Source: a virus (lineage: Duplodnaviria; Caudoviricetes). From it: DNA of 25,307 nt. The notes below the pieces were generated by a model. That model was not told where the DNA came from. It did no database searches and worked only from the letters and a program-made list of their open reading frames with translations. A program made the position numbers and the translations under genes. This document shows positions 15,777 to 21,639 of the stretch, in pieces (the first letter of the stretch is position 1; each line of letters begins with the position of its first letter). The stretch is from the IMG/VR virus record IMGVR_UViG_3300033067_000680, positions 1-25,307 of that record, one strand, 5' to 3'.

Positions 15777-16162
15777 GGCTCGCCCCGCATCGTCACGGTG
15801 GCCTCGGCCTTGCGCCAACCCACCATTTGAAGGATGCGGACTTTGTAGCCCGGGCTGAGTTTCGCCAGTCGCTCGGCCTCGTTAGTGGCCCGCCGGATGT
15901 CGGGGTGTTCTGCTTTGGGGGCACCGTGTCCGTCAACCGACACCATGAACGGGCCTTCAGCAGGCAAGCTGCCCACCTTGACGCCGGCGTCATGCAGCAG
16001 GCTGGCCACGTCATCAGCGCGTTGGTTCTTGGCCCACGCACGCAGCATGGCCACGACAGTCGATCGGTCGACGGTGTGCACGACGACGATGGCCGGGCCA
16101 TCACCTACGTACGGGTACTTGACGAGACCAGCAGCTTCGCTGCGGTTGACGATGTTGATCAC
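15773..16162 (-). CDS. Hypothetical phage protein (H...A..EAERLA...PG motif)
   Basis: AGGAG SD and GTGA overlap at 16162. Confidence 0.7.
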   Translation of the reverse strand: MINIVNRSEAAGLVKYPYVGDGPAIVVVHTVDRSTVVAMLRAWAKNQRADDVASLLHDAGVKVGSLPAEGPFMVSVDGHGAPKAEHPDIRRATNEAERLAKLSPGYKVRILQMVGWRKAEATVTMRGEP

Positions 16163-16476
16163 GACGTCTCCTTTGCTGCGTCGATACACGCTTGTCTGAA
16201 CTTCTTGAGCGCAGCGATGCGCTCGGCCTTGTAGTGGCGAAGCGGGCTGTCCCACCACAGCGGGCGCTGGTTGTTTGGCCCCCAAATGCAGCGCCGGTAC
16301 TGCGTGCGGTACAGATGCGTTCGCGCCCACAGGTCGCGGTCGTGCTTAGTGCGCTCAAAACCTTCAACGGCTCGACTAAGCGCGGTGCAGCTGTACGCTG
16401 CGCCTGCTTCGATTTCCGCGATGGCGTGGTCAATCACCGCGAGGCTGGGCGGCGCGTTCCAGCGAATGCGTTTCAC
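16159..16476 (-). CDS. Hypothetical protein
   Basis: 105 aa, GTGA overlaps, GAGGAG SD. Confidence 0.65.
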   Translation of the reverse strand: MKRIRWNAPPSLAVIDHAIAEIEAGAAYSCTALSRAVEGFERTKHDRDLWARTHLYRTQYRRCIWGPNNQRPLWWDSPLRHYKAERIAALKKFRQACIDAAKETS

Positions 16477-16610
16477 TTCTTCTCCTCACACGGCGCACCG
16501 GTCAGCTGTTCGCAAAACCAGACTTCTCCGTCGTGGTTGATGTCCTTCGGCTTGGGCTTGGCTGCGCAGCCGACGCACGCGAGCGCAGCGATGAGGATCA
16601 GGCGTTTCAC
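16473..16610 (-). CDS. Small putative lipoprotein (45 aa)
   Basis: MKRLILIAALACVGC signal peptide II-like leader, GGAG SD, GTGA overlap. Confidence 0.65.
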   Translation of the reverse strand: MKRLILIAALACVGCAAKPKPKDINHDGEVWFCEQLTGAPCEEKK

Positions 16611-17230
16611 TTCGTCTGCTCCAGAGCATGACGTGCGGCAGCGAGGTGCTCTGCACAAGTGCTTGGGTCCACTCGGCGCATGAGCAAGCTCAGCGCTTGG
16701 CGCAGCGTGTTGCGGTGGTCGCGCAGCAGGCCCTCGGTCGCCGGGTCGATGCGCGTAGAGAGCAGCTCGACTTGGCGCTGCAGCGCGTCGCGTTCGTCCT
16801 TGTACGTCTGCGCGACGGTGGCCGTGTCGACGAGGTTGCGGTTCAGTCTGGAGATTTCAGACAGTCGTGCGTCTGCCAAAACGATCATGTCTTCGCGCTC
16901 CGTCTTCACTTGCGTGATCTCAGCGGCGCGTTCGTCGCACAGCGCCAGCGCTTCGTCGCGCTGCTGCTTGCACAGGTCGATCGTGTCGTTTGCGCGCTTG
17001 AGCTGCTTGAGCAGGTCTTTGCGCTTGGGGCGGCTGGACCTGGGCACGTCGCCCAAGGTAATGCAGCCGATCGGGACCTCTGAGGAGAGAAGGTCTGTCT
17101 TGGCGAAAAACACCGTACCGCGATCGGCGCCCGGCGCGTAGATCACGATACCGGGCACCATGTGCCCGGTATGTCCTTGGGTGTGGATGTAGCCGCGCTC
17201 GACGCGGTATCCAGCGATCGTGTCCATCAC
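16607..17230 (-). CDS. Coiled-coil hypothetical protein
   Basis: 207 aa with a heptad-rich C-terminal half; GAGGAGG SD. Confidence 0.7.
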   Translation of the reverse strand: MMDTIAGYRVERGYIHTQGHTGHMVPGIVIYAPGADRGTVFFAKTDLLSSEVPIGCITLGDVPRSSRPKRKDLLKQLKRANDTIDLCKQQRDEALALCDERAAEITQVKTEREDMIVLADARLSEISRLNRNLVDTATVAQTYKDERDALQRQVELLSTRIDPATEGLLRDHRNTLRQALSLLMRRVDPSTCAEHLAAARHALEQTK

Positions 17231-17469
17231 ATCCCCTCCTCATTCATGGCCGCACCGATGCGGGCGTTGAAGACGATCGTGCTGATCAGCAGGTCGGTCT
17301 GCTGCACGCACTCGGAATCAATGATCAGGGCTTCCAGCAAGCACTGGATGTAGCCGCGCGAGAAAGTGGCGTTCGTGTCGGTGGGCGACTGCATCAGCAC
17401 TTCGAGCTGAGCGCGGGCGTGTGTGGGCAGCTGCAGCAGTGTGCGGCGAATGGCTTCAGGGGAGAGCAT
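17227..17469 (-). CDS. Hypothetical protein
   Basis: 80 aa, AAGGA SD. Confidence 0.65.
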   Translation of the reverse strand: MLSPEAIRRTLLQLPTHARAQLEVLMQSPTDTNATFSRGYIQCLLEALIIDSECVQQTDLLISTIVFNARIGAAMNEEGM

Positions 17470-17481
17470 TGGTGCAGTCCT

Positions 17482-17853
17482 TTAGACGAGGCCGGCCTTG
17501 GCAGCGATCACTGACGCTTCGCCAATCGAGCCGACGTTGAGAAGTTGGTAGAGCCGACTGCGGCGCGCTTCTGCAGCACGCACGCTGACCTTGCCGATGT
17601 CGGCAATCTCTTGTGTGGTGAAGCCCTTGGCGGTCAGTTCGAGGACTTCCCGCAGCTCAGGCGTAAGGCTGTCGACGAGCTGCTTCAGCTCTGGGTCGAC
17701 GCGCGTCCAGCCCAGCTTCTTGAGCTGAGCGATGACGAGCTTGTCGGCCGCATCAGCAACGGCCTGGGCAACCTGCTCGCCGTTCGAGAACACCGAGTAG
17801 CCGATGACGGTGTCACCGTCGGATACGGCCAGTGGGGCTACGCGAATATCCAT
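17482..17853 (-). CDS. LuxR/GerE-type HTH transcriptional regulator
   Basis: SLTPELREVLELTAKGFTTQEIA...SVRAAEARRSRLYQLLNV matches the LuxR C-terminal HTH pattern. Confidence 0.82.
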   Translation of the reverse strand: MDIRVAPLAVSDGDTVIGYSVFSNGEQVAQAVADAADKLVIAQLKKLGWTRVDPELKQLVDSLTPELREVLELTAKGFTTQEIADIGKVSVRAAEARRSRLYQLLNVGSIGEASVIAAKAGLV

Positions 17854-18169
17854 TGGTCGCCTCGATGTCGTCGATGAAACTCTTGATGGGGTCGAACCTG
17901 ACGCCGGTTACTCGGTCGATGGTGAGCTTGGTGTCGTAGACGAGGTCATGGATTGGGACGCCGTTTGTGAAGACCGTGGTCTTGCCCATCAGCGCTTGCA
18001 AAAGCATCTCGTCCCAAACTGATAGCGGAGGCTGCGGGTTCAACGCGGCCATGACTTGCGCAGTCGCTTTGTCCTTCTCGCGCTCGACCTTCAGCCACCG
18101 TGGCTCAGTGGCCTCGTAGTGCTGCTGGAGGTGCGCAAAGCGGTCGTTAAAGCGGGATGGCTTCGGCAT
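17813..18169 (-). CDS. Hypothetical protein
   Basis: MPKPSRFNDRF... fills the gap between the two HTH genes. Confidence 0.6.
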   Translation of the reverse strand: MPKPSRFNDRFAHLQQHYEATEPRWLKVEREKDKATAQVMAALNPQPPLSVWDEMLLQALMGKTTVFTNGVPIHDLVYDTKLTIDRVTGVRFDPIKSFIDDIEATNGYSRSPTGRIRR

Positions 18170-18584
18170 GTTCTTTCTCGACTGGAGTGAAGAGAAGGCA
18201 GCCGTTGGCACGCTGTTCGAACATGCCTGCGCCGGCTACGGTGAGCGCGATCTGCTTGAGCCGCTTGCGCTCGCGGTAATTCGCTGCCTTCTGCTTGTTG
18301 GAGATGCGCGGGCGTCGCTTGTCCCGCATGTCTGCGCCCAGCTTGTAGACCTTGAGCGTGGCGTAGCCCCGCTCGTCTGGGTGCCAGTCGCAGATGTAGG
18401 CGGCCTTGGCCTTGTGCAGCTCGCGGGTGTAGTGCAGGACGGTGACGTAGTGCAGGCCGGTTTCCTCGGCCAACTCGCGGCAGTCAAGTTCGCCGTCTAG
18501 CAGGAGCCGCATAAGTCTTGCCTGGGTGAAGGCGTTGATCTTGCGCAGTTCCTTGCGGCGGGGTGGTGTGGGGCGGTCAGCCAT
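18147..18584 (-). CDS. Winged-helix DNA-binding protein
   Basis: LLLDGELDCRELAEETGLHYVTVLHYTRELHK followed by a basic tail; start ATG 18584. Confidence 0.72.
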   Translation of the reverse strand: MADRPTPPRRKELRKINAFTQARLMRLLLDGELDCRELAEETGLHYVTVLHYTRELHKAKAAYICDWHPDERGYATLKVYKLGADMRDKRRPRISNKQKAANYRERKRLKQIALTVAGAGMFEQRANGCLLFTPVEKEHAEAIPL

Positions 18585-18780
18585 TCCTTGCGCGCCCCAT
18601 GCGGTAGCCAAGCCACGCAGGCAGGATGCACATGCCCAACCCAATGAGCCACGTACCTGCCGTGAATGTGTAGGCGGGCATGTCCTTGCCGATCTCAAAC
18701 AGCATCGGGATAAAGAGCACGCTGAAGAAGGCCACGAGCAGCCCCCAGTAAACGGCGAAGTCGTATTTGCCGAAGTTCAT
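18577..18780 (-). CDS. Small membrane protein (2 TM)
   Basis: Two hydrophobic segments, AAGGA SD, ATGA overlap. Confidence 0.7.
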   Translation of the reverse strand: MNFGKYDFAVYWGLLVAFFSVLFIPMLFEIGKDMPAYTFTAGTWLIGLGMCILPAWLGYRMGRARNG

Positions 18781-18944
18781 GGTTTGCTTTCCTTGGTGCT
18801 GGCTTCAAGGCCCCGAGCTACGCGCTGGCAGTACCGGCCGTACTCTTGCCAGTACCACTCACGTTCGCGAAAAACGGTGCATCCTGGCCGGCTGTCAGCC
18901 TTCACTTGGTTTGCCTTCCAGGCATGAAAAGGGAGCGGGGTCAT
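18777..18944 (-). CDS. 55-aa hypothetical protein (not in ORF track)
   Basis: MTPLPFHAWKANQVKADSRPGCTVFREREWYWQEYGRYC...; ATGA overlaps at both ends. Confidence 0.6.
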   Translation of the reverse strand: MTPLPFHAWKANQVKADSRPGCTVFREREWYWQEYGRYCQRVARGLEASTKESKP

Positions 18945-19426
18945 GGCTTGCCCCCGGTGCTGGCCCCGATGCCCGCCAACGCACGATCCACAGCCGCGTC
19001 AATGATCTTCTCGGCCTCGTTCACCACTTGGTAGGTGTGAACCTTGTTGTCGGCCCACAGCTTTGCCAGTTCCAGAACGTCAGCGCCGCCAGTGCCTCGG
19101 ATTTCGTGGCGCTGTTCGTTGGTCAGCGGCTTGGCCTCGGCCTGCTGTGCCTGGGCTGGCGCGGCATCGGGCTCGTCGTCGCCATCCTTTGGCAGCGACC
19201 TCCAAGATGGGCGGCGCGTGTAACCCGCTTCTGCAAGGCGCTGGCTTCGCGTGGCCTCCGGGGCTGGCGCTGACGCAGCAGCAAGCAGGGTCAGCAAGTC
19301 GTGAACATCGGGCAGCAGCTTCGAGAAAACCTCGTCCAGAAACTCTGAGCTTTGGTCGCCGTCAAATCCTTCCATCGCAAGGATGATTCGGTCGGCCATT
19401 TCGGTCATGCGGGTTTGGACTGTCAT
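18941..19426 (-). CDS. Mosaic hypothetical protein with AQAQQAEAKP linker
   Basis: ATG 19426 overlaps the upstream TGA; modules are separated by Ala/Pro/Gln linkers. Confidence 0.65.
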   Translation of the reverse strand: MTVQTRMTEMADRIILAMEGFDGDQSSEFLDEVFSKLLPDVHDLLTLLAAASAPAPEATRSQRLAEAGYTRRPSWRSLPKDGDDEPDAAPAQAQQAEAKPLTNEQRHEIRGTGGADVLELAKLWADNKVHTYQVVNEAEKIIDAAVDRALAGIGASTGGKP

Positions 19427-19728
19427 TGCTGTTCCTGAATCAGTTGTTGCTTGACGATTTCCAGCACACCGATGGCTTGTGCTGTTGAGGCGCCTTCGCG
19501 GTGTAGGTCGATGGCATGGCGCACTTGCTCGGCCATGCTTGCGAGAACAGGGAATGCGGGCGGGTCGGGTAGTGCGACGACTTGGGCGGCCTGCTGTGCC
19601 TGGGCTGGCGTGGCCTTGGTCGGCTTGCGGTCGCACGCTGGGTATCCGCAGTGCAGGTTATGAAGCTGGCAGCCGCCCGGCTTTGCCCTCTCTTTGCAGT
19701 GGCGCTGGCGGCTTGGCCTCGGCCTGCT
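19126..19728. repeat. Dispersed exact direct repeats encoding linker peptide
   Basis: 24 bp 19138-19161 = 19587-19610; 21 bp 19126-19146 = 19708-19728. Confidence 0.9.
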
Positions 19729-19846
19729 CATAGGCGGCCAATGCTTGCTCCAGCTCGTCCACAGTGCCGGGGCACGGGTTCAGGTGCTTGGTTGCCTGAA
19801 TTAGCAGGCGTGCAGACTTCGCCAGCTTTGCCGTTACGTCATCCAT
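19423..19846 (-). pseudogene. Probably frameshifted mosaic gene (or two overlapping ORFs, 19658-19846 and 19423-19731)
   Basis: Start-to-stop span is 424 nt (3n+1); coding signal switches frame right after the linker repeat; no good SD for ATG 19731. Confidence 0.5.
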
Positions 19847-20204
19847 GGTTGGCCTCCTTCATTGCTGCGTCGACTGCTTCTCGGGTAGTGCTTCGCCACT
19901 CATGCGGCTCCACTCGCGCAGAAACCATCAGTGGTTCGTCAGGCGGATCAGCTTGCGGAACTGGCATCACGCCATCGAACGAAACGGCCCAGTTCCCGTT
20001 GTCGTCGTAGACAAGCTGCGGCGCGTAGCCTTTGTGCGTGACAGCCTCAAGCCAGTTCAGCCGCTCCGCGTCTTTGCGTAGTGCCTCGACTTCAGCGTGG
20101 AGGCGGCGCAGTTCGGCGGCGGCTTCCGACATTACGGCCGGGCTGTCGTCTGTTGCGCAGTGAATCAGCATCGCGGCTAGTTCTAGTGCGGCAGGCTTGG
20201 TCAC
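19839..20204 (-). CDS. Ea22/Ead-like phage protein
   Basis: AAAELRRLHAEVEALRKDAERLNWL and REAVDAAM motifs; GTGA overlap, GGAGG SD. Confidence 0.65.
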   Translation of the reverse strand: MTKPAALELAAMLIHCATDDSPAVMSEAAAELRRLHAEVEALRKDAERLNWLEAVTHKGYAPQLVYDDNGNWAVSFDGVMPVPQADPPDEPLMVSARVEPHEWRSTTREAVDAAMKEANHG

Positions 20205-20428
20205 TTCAGCCCTCCTTCGGACTCGATGTAGCTGTCGACGCACGCCTTGTCGTCGGCCGACGCGCGCCACAGCGCGTTCTTGAGCACCTGGTTGTTGTGC
20301 TCTAGCTTCGCCACGTGGTCGACCAGCTCTTTGATCTCGGTGCCTGTGAACAGGCCACCGCCGATCGAAGTGCTGCGCCGGTCGAACGCGGCCTTGCGCA
20401 TGTTGGCCAGGATCGTGTCGACCGACAT
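20201..20428 (-). CDS. Hypothetical protein
   Basis: MSVDTILANM...; TGATG overlap. Confidence 0.65.
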   Translation of the reverse strand: MSVDTILANMRKAAFDRRSTSIGGGLFTGTEIKELVDHVAKLEHNNQVLKNALWRASADDKACVDSYIESEGGLK

Positions 20429-20682
20429 CAGTCGCCCCGTGCGTCGTAGAAGCCGGGGTGCGTGCAGCGGTGCGATGTGCACTCGCAGTACGGTGAGCGG
20501 CACGCCTTTGTCGGCGGTGGGGCCTTCGCCAGCTCGTCGTAGTGGTCGATGCAGAACACGTACCGCTCGTGGGAGAGCCCCGTGGCAGCGACCGCCGAGG
20601 GGCTCATCATGTTGTACTTGGCGGACTTCTGCACGCGCACGTAGCGGGCGAAGTCGCTCAGTTGCTCTTGCGTGAACTCCAT
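20428..20682 (-). CDS. Hypothetical protein with Cys/His-rich tail
   Basis: VQKSAKYNM motif and C..PYCEC...C.H tail; GGAG SD. Confidence 0.65.
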   Translation of the reverse strand: MEFTQEQLSDFARYVRVQKSAKYNMMSPSAVAATGLSHERYVFCIDHYDELAKAPPPTKACRSPYCECTSHRCTHPGFYDARGD

Positions 20683-20768
20683 GCTTCCACTCCAAGGTCG
20701 ATAAGGGCCAGGACAAAAACCAGAGGCAGCAGGACCAGGAGCGCGACGACGCGCACAGCCCAGATCAC
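20658..20768 (-). CDS. 36-aa single-TM peptide (not in ORF track)
   Basis: MIWAVRVVALLVLLPLVFVLALIDLGVEAWSSRKSN; GTGA overlap, GAGG SD. Confidence 0.5.
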   Translation of the reverse strand: MIWAVRVVALLVLLPLVFVLALIDLGVEAWSSRKSN

Positions 20769-20968
20769 TTCTCGCCTCTGTACTTCACGCGACATGCGGG
20801 GCACGCGCCGTCCACCAGACGGCTGTGCCACTCACCGCACTCGTCGCAGTCGCCGGCCTTGCCGGCGCGCAGCTGCGCGTCTGCACGTGCGCGGGCAATG
20901 AGGGCCTCGCGGTCTTGCTCTTCTCGCAGCGCCGCTTGGTCGAGCGAGTCACCGACATCGCTGCTCAC
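20765..20968 (-). CDS. TraR/DksA-like C4 zinc-finger protein
   Basis: N-terminal DSLDQA (DxxDxA), a helix, then CDEC and CPAC; GTGA overlap. Confidence 0.75.
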   Translation of the reverse strand: MSSDVGDSLDQAALREEQDREALIARARADAQLRAGKAGDCDECGEWHSRLVDGACPACRVKYRGEK

Positions 20969-21108
20969 CGCAAGTACCCGATGAAAAAGACCACGGTCAC
21001 AGCCACTGCGAGGCCGGCGCAGAGCCAGCACAGCCAGCAGCAGTCAGGCTCGTCGTCGAGCGGTTCGTCGACGAAGGATTCGAGGCGGCTTTCTTCAAAG
21101 TCGTTCAT
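20965..21108 (-). CDS. Small membrane protein, acidic N-terminus and Cys-rich TM
   Basis: MNDFEES...DCCWLCWLCAGLAVAVTVVFFIGYLR; ATGA overlap. Confidence 0.6.
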   Translation of the reverse strand: MNDFEESRLESFVDEPLDDEPDCCWLCWLCAGLAVAVTVVFFIGYLR

Positions 21109-21203
21109 GTGATCACCCAGATCCAAAAGAGGAAGTTCAACGCCCACACAAGGCGGGCGGACCAGAGGTCAAAAAGTTCAGAGGGCTCGTTCGGCTCGGA
21201 CAT
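21105..21203 (-). CDS. Possible 32-aa hydrophobic peptide
   Basis: MSEPNEPSELFDLWSARLVWALNFLFWIWVIT; its stop is coupled to the next ATG. Confidence 0.35.
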   Translation of the reverse strand: MSEPNEPSELFDLWSARLVWALNFLFWIWVIT

Positions 21204-21378
21204 TCGCCAGCTCGGTGCTAAGGCGGTCGATGCGTCGGCGCAGCATGTCTTCGTGCGCGGCCCAGTACTCGCGGCTGGCAGAGGCTTCGACAAGCTGTCG
21301 CTTCGTCTCTTCCAGGCTGCGCACCATGAGGGTCTCGGCCGAGGGCGGAGCGAAGAGGTTGAGGAAGTTGCGTCTCAT
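21178..21378 (-). CDS. Small coiled-coil hypothetical protein
   Basis: MRRNFLNLFAPPSAE...; start ATG 21378. Confidence 0.65.
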   Translation of the reverse strand: MRRNFLNLFAPPSAETLMVRSLEETKRQLVEASASREYWAAHEDMLRRRIDRLSTELANVRAERAL

Positions 21379-21383
21379 CTTTG

Positions 21384-21620
21384 TCAGCTCTCCGTGAACT
21401 GGAAGTCTTCGTGGGCAGCGCCGCACGTGGGGCAGGGCCCTTCGTGCGCCTTGCTTGCGGTCGCTCGGCAGCAGCCGCAGCGCAGGTACTGAATGTGGAC
21501 GTCGGTCTCCAAGATTTCCTCGACGTGTTCGAAGGGAAAGACTTCGCCCTCGAACTCGACGGTCTTGGCACCGGCGATGACCGCGGCCTTGTAGGCGGCG
21601 AGTAAGCGAGCGATGTCCAT
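21384..21620 (-). CDS. Small protein with zinc-ribbon/rubredoxin-like C-terminus
   Basis: CGCC...CPTCGA motif. Confidence 0.65.
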   Translation of the reverse strand: MDIARLLAAYKAAVIAGAKTVEFEGEVFPFEHVEEILETDVHIQYLRCGCCRATASKAHEGPCPTCGAAHEDFQFTES

Positions 21621-21624
21621 TTGC

Positions 21625-21639
21625 GATCTACCTTAGATC
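21625..21639. promoter_or_regulatory. GATC-N7-GATC palindrome
   Basis: GATCTA-CCT-TAGATC, filling the gap between the primase stop and ATG 21620. Confidence 0.55.

Noticed and set aside
18577-18780. Holin call for the 2-TM protein
   Set aside because: No endolysin or spanin nearby and the context is early genes
19126-19728. Direct repeats as a mini-CRISPR array or att sites
   Set aside because: Irregular spacing of roughly 100 and 430 bp, in-frame coding of a linker peptide, and no integrase nearby
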